Source: Negaprion brevirostris (Eukaryota). From it: 64,000 nt of DNA. A program made the position numbers and the translations under genes. Where the stretch lies: assembly GCA_030324005.1 (NCBI GenBank), contig JARDVH010000042.1, forward strand, positions 108,145,391 to 108,209,390, written 5' to 3'. Shown here in pieces: positions 48,406 to 60,349 of this stretch. The notes beneath the pieces are model-generated. The model did no database searches and was not told the DNA's origin. It was given only the letters and a program-made list of their open reading frames with translations. Numbering within the stretch: the stretch's first letter is position 1; each line of letters opens with the position of its first letter.

Positions 48406-50290
48406 ATCATGATGGGTTGCCATTCCCATCAGAGGCTGGTGTGAAACCATTTTGCATCTTGTTAATGTGATGCAGATGAAGAGTTGACTGAAATTCCTTC
48501 CCACATACATATAGCACTAACTGAAGAAATTGTCCAGCAGGATTTAAAAAAAAACATTTTATCGACTGTCATTTGAGTTACATTGTGTGAAGGGTGACAA
48601 AGGCTTGAAAGCTTGTGAATGTTATTCATGAAATTCGGTTTCTGCTTGACATTCTGAAAAACATTGCATCGTTTAAGTTTTATCCCATCTCTCCAGAGAA
48701 AGTATAGTGCAGCAAATTAGTATTGTTCACAGCCTGCATGATGGAGACTGATAAATTGAATCATTTTCCCTAATTACCTGACCACAAAACGCCCGTGCTG
48801 AATGCCAAAATTACAGGTTCGCAAACTCATACTGGCTTGCACCTGGAGTGTGCTGCACACGTAAGTCAAGTTCGTACAGCATTACTTCTACCGCACTCAC
48901 CGCACACCTGATTGCAACCAATAGTCCCAGGAATGTCTGCTGACATTCTGCTTTATCTTCTTTGACAAGTGTTGATAATATCTTTTCACTCTGATCTGAC
49001 TGATGACCTTGATGTATATGTTTTCTTTTGGGAAGCCTGGAGACCCGACTGTCGTGACAAGCACAAAAAAAAGTCTGTTTTTGGGGGTCTGAAAGGAGCA
49101 TAATACCAGTTGAGCTTTGGTAACAGCGTTAAGAGAGAAATGTAATTACTTCAGTAATACGTTGAATGATCATTTGTGAGAATTGCCGCCTCCCTCAGTT
49201 CTTGGTTAAGTGTCTTGCCCCACGAAGCCACAGTTGTATTTTTAAAAATGGCACGATTTTGGTAAATAAGAAATAAAGACTTAGAGGGGGATTCAACAAA
49301 TGTCACCACAAAACATGGGTTTTACTGAATGAATTTTGCACGTCCTGCTTTAGACTGGGGCTGAGATGACACCTGTATTAAAGAATGCAATTTAGCATTT
49401 ACTACTGATGCAGTGCAAACACCACGTGCAAAGTTTTTTTTACAACAACAGTGTCAGCAGAAAACCAAAATGTTAAATAATGAGCCTATGCAAATTATTG
49501 TTTGCCACAGTAAATGGTGCAAAACCTCAGTTAATGACAAAACAAAAACATTTTAATTGGCCCTGTTGTGTCACAACATCAGTGATTGAAATTGCCAGAG
49601 ATAATACTGAAATTCTGTAATTATAAACTCTTATCCATAAAAGAAATACCACTTTCTTAAAAAAAAACAAAATCTCAATTTTTTTTTGCTGTTACAGTCT
49701 TCCAAAGAGAGTTTGAATTTGGTCAAAATGATTTTCGTAAATTAACAAAATAACAAAACTATTAATAGACTGGATTTTTGTAAGCTGTTCTTGATGTCAG
49801 TTCAACTTTGTTCTGGTAACTTACACACACGGGGGGAGGATGAAGAGAGAGAACTCCTCATTTGGGAATTACACATTTACTTTGGGGCTTTGAATAAATC
49901 ATTCATTGCCTGTTAAAAATGCAACTTTAAATTGGTTTGGGTGAGTTTTGCAGTAACATTTTTAAGCATTATTTTCCATTCCCAGTTCAATTGAATGAAG
50001 GAATATCAAAATATTTCAAGATGGTTCCAACTGTTTTTTGCAGGGAGAATGGTGGGGACAAGGGAGAGAAAATGGATTTAAGCACTGTTGGCATTACCTT
50101 CTTCGGATTGGCCTTGTAAGCATTGAGCGTAATATTGCTTATAAAAGAATAAAAATAATAACGGAAATCTTTGGTTTTCCTCTCAAACCCTTGTTCAAGA
50201 GTCTACTTTGAAAGCGCAAGTATTTGTGGTTGTCTTCTGAGAATTGTTGAGAGATGGTATCATCAGTCTTTGTGTTTGCANNNNNNNNNN

Positions 50291-50976
50291 TGGGGATGGG
50301 GCAGGGGGTTAATTTGGTAGGAGGCCGAAAAATCTATTTCCTGCTGGTGTGAGGTTACAGCGGCATCTTCCGGTGTTGCCCCTCCCACTGGAGGCCAACT
50401 TGAAACCAATTTGCATCCCGCTAATTGGATGCAGATAAAAGCTGAACTGGAATCTCCCCTTGAGCCATGATGCCAAAGGGAAAGCACCCCAACCCAAAAC
50501 ATACCAACATGCGTGCAAAAGTCAGGACTTGCCAGAAGAGTGCCTGGAGCTGCCTCTGAAATTCAAGATGTTGGCCACCAGTGATGTTGGACCCTGGAAC
50601 ACTGCAGGGGGTGCTCTATCAAGTGGATCTTCCAACTTCAGTATCTTCGAGGAGGTCCATTTTCCAATCTTAGGGTGTTCCTTGAGATTCATCTTCTTTC
50701 TTCTGGTGGCCAATATTCTTTCTTCAGGAGGTCCATCTGATGTCTTCAACAGTGGGTCAGTAATGTTGGACGCTTTGTGAATAGAGTACCCAGATATGAT
50801 GGCGGTGTGCGGACCATTAAGCCTGCCGCACTAGATGGCATGAAACCTCTGCATGCATAATTAATTACACCAAGGTTGCAACACATGGCGTGCTTTCTCC
50901 TTCAGCCTCTGAAGCAGAAAACACTCCTTGTTCCTGCCCCCAGTGCGGGACTTCATCCTGGATGGGAGAATTCCAA
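50291..50976. mobile_element. GC-rich non-autonomous element
   Basis: GC-rich block ending gggagaattccaac, similar to the termini of other TIR elements. Left end lies in an N gap. Confidence 0.45.
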
Positions 50977-51872
50977 CTAATGTTGTGAAACTGAAGTGTA
51001 GCAGAGATCATCAAAATTTATGCCGGAATTTTACTGGNNNNNNNNNNNNNNNNNNNNNNNNNNNNNNNNNNNNNNNNNNNNNNNNNNNNNNNNNNNNNNN
51101 NNNNNNNNNNNNNNNNNNNNNNNNNNNNNNNNNNNNNNNNNNNNNNNNNNNNNNNNNNNNNNNNNNNNNNNNNNNNNNNNNNNNNNNNNNNNNNNNNNNN
51201 NNNNNNNNNNNNNNNNNNNNNNNNNNNNNNNNNNNNNNNNNNNNNNNNNNNNNNNNNNNNNNNNNNNNNNNNNNNNNNNNNNNNNNNNNNNNNNNNNNNN
51301 NNNNNNNNNNNNNNNNNNNNNNNNNNNNNNNNNNNNNNNNNNNNNNNNNNNNNNNNNNNNNNNNNNNNNNNNNNNNNNNNNNNNNNNNNNNNNNNNNNCA
51401 TGCAGTCAATATATTTTCTAAGTTTTTTTTAAAGGGCCGCTGTATTCATGAAAAGGTGTACAGCAAGTCAACAAACCATGCAATGATATCAAAACCGCGA
51501 GTTGTACCACTTCCTTCTGAAACATTGCTCCCTCTCCATGCAAAGAGGTTTATCGTGTTTGCTTGAAGACTGCGACAATTTTAGGTCAATAATTAAACTG
51601 CCGATGCATTTATCTTGGCAAATCTTTGAAGTCCAGGATTTCATTTATCAATGAGACACCTTGACTGTAGAATCTGTTGCCTTTTGGAAAGCTACAATTT
51701 CAGTTATGCAGAAAGATATTCCAAGGTGTCGGTTGCGCGTTTTGCAAGTTAAAATTGCTTGAAACCTCTGTATTTGAATTATAACAGATATGGAAATACT
51801 AGGCTGACAATCTCATTTTCAACATTTCTGCCATTCGTTGAGTAATGCAACAGAAGCAAGCAGGAGAAACAA

Positions 51873-53410
51873 AGGCTGGGATTCTCATTCTCGTGTGACA
51901 GATTCAATGGCTGGGACGGGGGGTGGGGGGGGTGCGTATGGGGATGGTAGTGTGTATGGTGGATCTTAAGCCCACCAAATGGCATGAATCCACTAGTGGG
52001 ATGCAGAGTCATAGAAGTTTACAGCATGGAAACTGGCCCTTCGGCCCAATTTATCCATGCCATCCAGTTTTTACCCCTAAGCTAGTCCCAATTGCCTACA
52101 TTTGGCCCATATCCCTCGATACCCATCTTAGCCACGTAACTGCCTAAATGCCCTTTAAAAGACAAAATTGTACCTGCCTCTACTGCTATGTCTGGCAGCT
52201 CATTGCAAATGAAGGACCAACCAGAAACTCCCAACACCGCCCCATGCCCGATTCATTTGTGCGGGATCTTGAGCCAATGCACACTGTTTGCGAGATTGAG
52301 CAGGGGCTCAAGATGCAGCCAAAACCTGAATTCTTGTCGGCAGGATCGCTACATCCTATTTTCACCACCCCTTACCAGGGACGTAATATATATACATATT
52401 ATTTACTCCACTCTTCACCATATATTAAACCTCTGCTGTATATTCAAATGTCAGCACGTTTTACAACAGATTCACCCAGATATGAACCTGTTGGGACAAT
52501 CCCCCTCTCCTGGGCATAAAGGTGAGTCTTGCCCCGAGGGGAGAGGGGAATCAGTGGGCAGTGACTTGGCAATGTTACCTGGCACTGCAAGGGAACATTA
52601 GCACAGCCCAAGCCAGCCTGATAATGCTGACCTGTGCCAAGGACAGTGCTGGGGTGGGACCCTCATGGTAAGGGAGGGATTAATTTGCATGTGATCTTGG
52701 CTGGGAGCGGACGTGAGAGCTGGGCATGCCAGCAGGGGCTGTGTTGTGGGGAGGGTTGGGGTGAGGGGGGGAGGAAGGAGTCTGACATTCANNNNNNNNN
52801 NNNNNNNNNNNNNNNNNNNNNNNNNNNNNNNNNNNNNNNNNNNNNNNNNNNNNNNNNNNNNNNNNNNNNNNNNNNNNNNNNNNNNNNNNNNGGGCAGGCC
52901 AGCTGTGGCTGTGTTGTTGGGAGGGTTGGGGTGAGGGGGGGAGGAAGGAGTCTGACATTCAGGGTGACAGAGGGAATGCCAGCACTGACTTTTGGTGGCA
53001 GGGGCAGGTGGAGAGGTGTTGACTGTAATTGGGAGGGGGTGGGGTGAGGTGGGTGCAGTTGGGGAGGGGGAATGTTAAGGTTGGGTTGTTGGGGGTTGGG
53101 GTGGGAAAGTTCCTGAGATCTCCGCAAGGTGGGGGGGAAGGTTCATTCATGTTGTGATGATGAGTCAGTGATGTGGGCGCCTTTTCACTAGGGCATCTAG
53201 ATATGATGGTGGGATGTGTGCAGTAAAGCCTACAGCAGCACAGAATATGGTGATAATTNNNNNNNNNNTCCCCACCCCAGTTCATAATAAATGAGATTGG
53301 GGCTGGAATATAAGGTGTGGTGTGTCTCATCTGCCTAATTAGCAGGAAACATTCTCATCTCTGCCCCCCTGCCACAAGACTTTGTCCCAAATGGGAGAAG
53401 AATTCTGTCC
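51873..53410. mobile_element. GC/G-rich TIR-bounded non-autonomous element
   Basis: aggctgggattctc...gaagaattctgtcc. Hosts a CR1 3' fragment and G-rich repeats. Confidence 0.55.
52005..52205 (-). mobile_element. CR1 3' end fragment
   Basis: agagtcatagaagtttacagcatggaaactggcccttcggccc is a reverse-complemented CR1 tail. Confidence 0.85.
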
Positions 53411-53660
53411 ATACATTTTGACAGTAAGAGGTCATGTTGCCAATACTGTCCATGACTGAATTTGATATTTGGTTTGAAAGGATGAAAAGAGTCATAAGCC
53501 AACGTTTAAACTAATGTATTCCAATCAACAAAAGGAGCTACCTGCAGTAAGTGGAGTTACCCTATCAAACTGTAACCCTAAAAATTACATAACATTCAAA
53601 GGAACGTTTGGAATGATCAGTGAAAACTAGTGCATTCCCCTAAAAGACAAAGGGTGGGAG

Positions 53661-53835
53661 GGTGGGATTTTCCGGCCCTTCCCACCTATGGGATCTCCCA
53701 GTCCCACCAACAGCTTCCCTCACCGCGGATTCCTTGGTGGCAGAGGGTGGGAACAATGGGAAGTCCCATTGACAGTGGTAGAATTGGTCAGTAGCAGATC
53801 CCCTCCATCGCCGCAAAACAAGCTGTGGGAGTGGG
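53661..53835. mobile_element. MITE-like element, family of 1251-1463
   Basis: ggtgggattttcc start and shared internal sequence. Confidence 0.65.
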
Positions 53836-54187
53836 GAGCACAGAAAGTCCCTATCAAAGGCTCCATTTGTATAGTTGAGCAATTTGTGGTCAGCAAATAA
53901 GGTAAGACATGGTATGAAAGTTAAAAGGAAAAGCTTACAGAAAAATGCAAAGTTGAAATCCAATGGACTGGAAAAACTATAAATATGACCAAAAGGATAC
54001 GAAAGAAAGTAATGGGAGGAACAGAAAGAGAATATTTAAAAGAAGTTGCAGCTAACACCAGAAGTTTTTTAAAAATATAATCAGAAAAGAAGTGGAATGG
54101 GGGTGCCATTGATGAGATGTGTACTTTAATGGATAAAATGGAAATAGTAGACTTTGAAGTACTTTGATTCCATTTGGAAATTGGAGG

Positions 54188-54486
54188 AATCATAGAATCC
54201 CTGCTGTGTATAAGGAGGCCATTCAGCCTATTGAATCTTCACTGTCTCTCTGGCAGAACTTCCCACTTAGGTCTGCTCCCCTTAACAACAAATACTTATC
54301 CCGCTAATTACCCTATCTGCAGATCGTAGGACACTAAGGGGCAATTTAGCATGGCCAGTTCACCTAACTTGCTGTTCGTTCGCCTGGGGAGGAAACCAGA
54401 GCAACTGGAAAAAAACCCACACAGACACTGGGAGGATGTGCAATCTCTACAAAGGCAGTCACCTTAGGCTGGAATTGAACTTGGGC
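54188..54486 (-). mobile_element. HE1-type V-SINE, 5'-truncated
   Basis: aatcatagaatccc tail, ggacactaaggggcaatttagcatggcc, and ggaattgaac B box. Confidence 0.88.
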
Positions 54487-54905
54487 CTGAAGGAGCAGGG
54501 CCAGCTCTGGCAGCCCAATTGGGAAGGGGGGAGTGGGGCACTGCTACTCAGCAGATGGTTGGTGGGGGGAAGGGGCACGGTCAGGCTGGGAGGGAGGAGT
54601 GGGGGTGATATTCCTGAGTGGTGCGGAGCTTGCAAACAGTCACAGGCCCCAGCAATAGCTCCTGGGGGGTGGGGGGTTGGCGGTTGGCTGGGTCAAGGCT
54701 GGCTGAAGCAGCAGAGGCCTGACAAGTTTCCCTCAGACCTGTCAGGACACTGCTGTTGCAATTGCACATGTACAGTTACAGAGGTCTGCACATGTGCAAT
54801 AGCTTCTTCTGCTGCCACATATGGTTTAAGGCCCACCCCTTCCCCTATAGGTGAGGAATGGTTTATCCCATTTTTTCATGCACTTAAGTGCATAAAATTC
54901 AGGAA
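54487..54905. mobile_element. GC-rich non-autonomous element fragment
   Basis: G-rich block ending cataaaattcagg, similar to the termini at 34815 and 59345. Confidence 0.45.
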
Positions 54906-55684
54906 TTGAACTCGCCCAAAAACCAGTGATAAACTCTTCTGTTTTCCTGCTTGTCCTGGACTGAGAATTCTTTTAGTAAGATTGCCCCTTCATGACTGAC
55001 TATCCAGGCGAATACTTTGATGTTTTTGGCATGGTAGAAATGGGAATGCCCATGGTTCTTGCCTATCTGAGCTTTGAAAAGACACTTGATCAGATTTTGA
55101 TCAAGATTGTTGCGAGCAGTGAACAATCTTCGAGTTAACCTTGTGACTCAATTTGTAATTGGTTAAAAGGCGGGAGACAGAATGGGGATATATGTTTGTT
55201 CTCTGGTTTTGTGAGATTAGTTGAGTGGAGTTCTCCTGGAACCTTTAATAGGCTCCTGAACTTTTCACCTGGCATATCATATCTGCAAACGAAAAATTGT
55301 TTCTGAATGAAGGAATTGTGATGTATACATGAGGTTACAGATAACCTGTAGTTTAGGAAGCACAATATGTTGCATGAATGGGAGCAAGAAGTTACTGAGA
55401 ACATGAGCTGACTAACTGGGGCAGATGAAGTTGAGTGGTGTCCATTTACTTTGCTTCTGAGAAACACAAATTGAACATGTTCTTAATGAGATGAATGAGG
55501 ATAGGAGCTATAGATCAGCAAAGAGATTTGGGTGTCTCTGCACATTAATCTCTAATGCACAGATCTCTAGTGCACAGATGCAAAAAGGAGTACTGGACAT
55601 CACCTCAGGGGAATTGGAAGTTCAAAAGTGAGCAAGTGATTCTGCAGCACTTTGGTCAGATTCCATCTGAGATACTGAGGTCTG

Positions 55685-55870
55685 GGCATGAAATTGTTGC
55701 TGTTTGTTGCAAAAACCCATCTGGTTCATTAATGACCTTTAGAGAAGGAAATCTATCCTCCTTTTCCAGTCTGGCATACATGTGACTCTAGAGTCACAGC
55801 AGCGTGGTTGATTCTCAACTGCCCTCCAGGAGCCAGGCAACTTCCATGACCCAGTAAGGAATAAAAAGAA
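55685..55870 (+). mobile_element. 3' half of the SINE family at 48040
   Basis: aaaacccatctggttcattaat...tgtgactctagagtcacagca...ttgattctcaactgccctcca is the reverse complement of 48110-48230. Confidence 0.82.
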
Positions 55871-57639
55871 TATCAAACTTCAGCAAAGGTACAATGAGCT
55901 TGGAAAGGTTACAGCACAGATTCAAAATCCCAAGGCTTATTTGGTTAAATTCTGAAGATAGGATGCATAAACCTAGATTGTTCACTTGATTTTAAAAGAT
56001 TGGAAGTTGATCTAATCAAGGAATTAGAAACTATAGTGGACTTGATGGTATATATACAAAGAAAAAATTTCATCGGATGGAAGAACACGGAAGAAGAAGG
56101 CATAATCTTAAAATAGAGTTCAGCCTTTTTGGGAAGAAATTGGGATCAAAAATAGAGACTGGAAATCAGGAATTTTCTCCCTGAAAGTGCTGTGGATACT
56201 CTCCCATCAATAATAAACCTGTTTATATTACTGGGATGTTTGGATTGTTGGTTCCAAGGTCCAGGTCTGGTACATACCGAGGCGTTCCCGATGTAAACTG
56301 TCAGATTTGCTAAGCCTGGCCACCGAGGAGACCAACTTTTTTCTGGTGACTGGACTGAGCAAAAAGTGTCATGTATACACTGGGGTGAAAGCTCAGGATA
56401 ACTATGAGAGTTGCAATAATTAGGAACAACTAACAAACAAAACACCTCACCTTTGATTTGAATTAAAATGTTTACATCTGCCCAGGATCTATTACAGTGC
56501 TGCTTCAGGATCATTACTGAGCNNNNNNNNNNTAGTCCATTTCCTGGAATGCCCCTGTAAGCCAAAAATGTTTTCCTAGGGAATGTGTGGAAAATTCATA
56601 ATTGTTCCCATGAGTAGCAGATCCATTCATTCGGATGTCCTGCATTACAGGCTGCACTTAGTTGACCATTATTCTATCATTTTGATTACAGTCATTCCAG
56701 AGCTTCACTGAGATTAAATACTGTGTGCTCTTAGTTTTATATTTTTCTGAAAATTATAACCTCTGTACAATACATTGCCAAAGATAATTAGTGGTTCCTC
56801 ATTAAAATAAAGTACAGGATAGGCAATTCTTACGTAACTGCAGCTCTCTGTGTGGCTTCAAAATGTTTGTTTTCAAGACTGAATTAATTTTAGTTTTTGC
56901 TTACTACTTACTGTGCACGATCCTTACTTGCCAAGTCCCACCCTCTTCCTCTTTCCAAGTTCTTTCGAGTCATCAGTAGCAATTGCTATCTGAAGTTTTA
57001 ATGAGTTGTGATTGCTTCCACCCCCACCCCTCCCCCAACTTCCCTTTCACCTCCATTAAAAAAAAAGTACATTAGTAAGTGTGTAGACACATAGTTGTCA
57101 GTAGGGCTTGCGAAAGTGTGACAGATAAAAGCTGAAGGACTTGGGGAACCGTTATTTTTACCTTGATTATGGACAAACTAAAAGAGTAAGTGCTAATTAT
57201 AGGAATATTTATTTCTATTATCTTTTGAAAATAGAGCCAGTAACATCAAGCAGTGTAATTTTGTATAACTGTGTAACTTGCAATCTACTATGCTTTTATG
57301 GAGCTAACCTTTTATAGACTAATGTTGGTGTTCACTGTTGACTGAATGCTTTGGAATAAACACTGAGCAGCTGTGAAAACATTTCTTACTACGGATCTAA
57401 TACAAACCCAATTTGAAAGATTTGAACAGTAGGAATTTGGATGACTTTGGCGAGTGTACACTAGTGCTCAATTTACACCACAGTACCAGATTTAGTCCAA
57501 ATCTTGTTTGCTCAGACTCAATCTGCTAACATTCGCTTCAGCGACCAATTATGCTTGAAGCTGATGGTTCAACTAAATTGATGTGTTTCTATAAAACTGT
57601 GCAGTATTGACAGATGCAGACTTGCTTGCATCGGGATGT

Positions 57640-57835
57640 CTAATAAAAATAATGTTGAAAATGCACAGTGCCTGAATAGGGATTTAAAAAAATGTTTCGT
57701 GTGTAATCCTTGATTGGAGCATTGCATCCAAATGTTAATTTACCTTTTCCCTTTCAAACATGGACCAGTCTGCTGTGCATTTCCAGAAGTTTATTTTTCA
57801 CACCAGATCTCCAGCAGTTGCGTTTTTCTTTTTAG
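57640..57835. mobile_element. Highly decayed Penelope-like family B remnant
   Basis: aatgttgaaaatgcacag...ctgctgtgcatttccag...cagatctccagcagttgc resembles 47050-47100. Confidence 0.45.
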
Positions 57836-58440
57836 TTGTGCTTGTGTATCTCTTCAGTTGTCCTATGAAGCTCATTTGATTCTGTCCGTGGCAGTTTGGC
57901 ACAAATTAGTAGAAGATTGCTGTCATTCTTGGACATGAGGTTGGAGTTGCACGGTAATAACGGGCAAATGTGTTCATTTCACAATGTTTAATCCTTCCCT
58001 TGACCTCTGTGTTTGTTTTACCTTTGGTAAATGTACAAACGCAAAGCTGGCGTGTACAAAGGTCCCTCTGGATTTGCTCACTGTTGTCCCCAAAAGATTT
58101 AACCGTTTTACCATCAGCTTGTGATTTGCTCAGTGAAACCCAGCCTCTTGTTATGGTTGAAGGGTGCTTGATTTATCTATTTAATGTTCCAGTGACTCTC
58201 TATGCCACTTCTTTGGTTGGTTTGTTCTGTGTGCTCCACAGAGCTTTAACAGCAACAGCTGGACAATCCTATTAGCTTGCACTCAGAAGAGATACAAAAT
58301 CAATTGATCTGAATCCTTTTGAACTTTTAGGATACACGTCTGAACCCTGCTGTTAAATTCACAAAGATTACCTCCAAAATCCGCTGAGAAGACATTGCTC
58401 GCCCAAAGATTTTATGGAAAGCGTGCTTTGTTGTACTGTT

Positions 58441-59345
58441 GGGCTGCATTTTACGTAGTCCCACCCGTTGCGTTTTCAGGAGTGGGTATGTAANNNNNNN
58501 NNNGGGAGGTTACTATGATTTTGGGCGTTGGGGGTGGGGGGGGGACTAGGAGGGTGCTGATCATATTTAAATAAATAACTTAAAGATCAATTAGACTGAG
58601 TACCCTGATAACACTGCCATGCCGTAAACATTTGGAATGGGCAGTCAGGTGAGAGTAGGCAGTCCAATTTAAAAAAAACTTCAAAAGGTATAAGGAAGAG
58701 AGGGTTCTATCTTCAGGGGTAACCCATTGCAGATTGGTGTGCCCCCTCCCCCAAGTTGGAATTGTCCCCCCCCCACTTTTCTTCCTACCGACTGCTGCTG
58801 TAAATTCACCTTCATGCCCCACTCTGTAAGCTGCCCAAACTCTTCCTGCCTAGGCCCCCAAATTCCATCTGTTTCTGGGGATCCATGGTCCTCCTCCTAT
58901 TTCCCTGTTGTAATGCTGACGGCCACCGCTTACTGATGCACTCCTGGTGGTGCCAGGACTAGTCGAGCTGCTGGCCAAACCATTTGGCTGGCAGTGCCCA
59001 AGGGTGTGGCTCCCTCCTCCACTGNNNNNNNNNNNNNNNNNNNNNNNNNNNNNNNNNNNNNNNNNNNNNNNNNNNNNNNNNNNNNNNNNNNNNNNNNNNN
59101 NNNNNNNNNNNNNNNNNNNNNNNNNNNNNNNNNNNNNNNNNNNNNNNNNNNNNNNNNNNNNNNNNNAATATATAGGGATACGGGGATAGGACCTGGGTGG
59201 GATTGTTGTTGGGGCAGACTCAATGGGCCGAATGGCCTCTTTCTACCCTGTAGGGATTCTACGGTTTCTAAGTTCATGAGCAGCGGGTCAGTTGAGGGTT
59301 GGAGGGGGACAGTGAGAGTGGAGTGGTGGCCATAATATTCTGCCC
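58441..59345. mobile_element. GC-rich TIR-bounded non-autonomous element
   Basis: gggctgcattttac...ataatattctgccc. Contains a SINE at 59168-59270. Confidence 0.55.
59168..59270 (+). mobile_element. HE1-type SINE 3' part (remainder probably in the N gap)
   Basis: gcagactcaatgggccgaatggcctctttctaccctgtagggattcta. Confidence 0.85.
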
Positions 59346-60013
59346 ATAATGTGGGTCACAGAATTAACTGAAAGTTGCTACTTAAATCTGCAGTTACAAT
59401 GAATGGAGTACTGTTTGACCAAAATGTTTTGTGTTTAGTAATTGCAACAGTAGCGTATTTGACAATGCTGTCGAATACAAGATGGCTAGCCCCAACAACT
59501 TGTTAATATCAAACAGTGGGAAATGGGTAGAATGTCTAATGCACTGCAACCCAGGTTCACAGCAGCAATCTCCGGAACTCTTTGAGATATCCCAGTCTCA
59601 ATCCCCGACTGTGGGGAGACCATGTTGACACCAGCCGTCCTCCGAGAGGAACTGAGAGAAAGCTGAAACCAGAATCTTCTCTTGGCAGCGATGGTGGGCA
59701 CCTCCTATAAGCAGGATTTGGGCAGCCGTTTGGCGGAAGGATCTCCTGCTTCTTATTTCTCTATATAAATAGAAAACCAGCTATTTGCGTGACAAGTACA
59801 GAGGAAGTGTTTGTGCTGCAGCGAGAGGTTGCAGCGTTATTTTCCTTCGGGTGTTATCATGACAGACTTGAAGCTCATAGTTTTTTTTTCCCCGGCTCCC
59901 CCCACCCGTAATAAAATTCAAACATAGGACAAGACAGGCAGCTCTACTTCTAAGTGCTGCATTTATTCGTGAAGCTTTTTGTGATCATTTTATTTCCTTG
60001 ACAGCTGCTTCAA

Positions 60014-60349
60014 GGGCAACACGGTGGCACAGTGGTTAGCACTGCTGCCTCACAGCACCAGGGATCTGGGTTCAATTCTGGCCTTGGGGTGACTGTGTGG
60101 AGACTGCACATTTTCCCCAGTGTCTGCCTGGGTTTCCTCCGGCTGTTCTGGTTCCCTCCCACTGTCCAAAAGATGTTCAAGTTAGATGGATATGAGCCGT
60201 GCAAAATTGCCCCTTAGTGTCCCAAAGTTTGTAGGTTAGGTGATTAACCATAGTAAATGTATGGATTTATGGAGATGGGGTGCAGNNNNNNNNNNCACAC
60301 TCTGTCGTCTGAATGGCCTCTTCTGTACTGTAGGCATTCTATGATTCTA
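60014..60349 (+). mobile_element. HE1-type V-SINE, near full length
   Basis: gggcaacacggtggcacagtggttagcactgctgcctcacagc, gggttcaattc, V-domain and attctatgattct tail. Confidence 0.93.

Larger units (their letters stand above)
53420..56220 (+). mobile_element. Very decayed CR1 interrupted by four insertions
   Basis: A-rich linker at 53860-54180, RT remnants at 55040-55300 (tcatgactgacta, agtggagttctcctgga resembling SGVPQG), C-terminal remnants to 56220. Confidence 0.6.

Noticed and set aside
50460-50780. Overlapping ORFs of 106 aa (+) and 75 aa (-)
   Set aside because: They lie inside a GC-rich repeat and show no transposase or other recognisable motif.
60014-60085. tRNA-like A/B boxes here and in other SINE heads
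   Set aside because: These are SINE heads continuous with the V-domain and do not form a full cloverleaf, so they are not tRNA genes.
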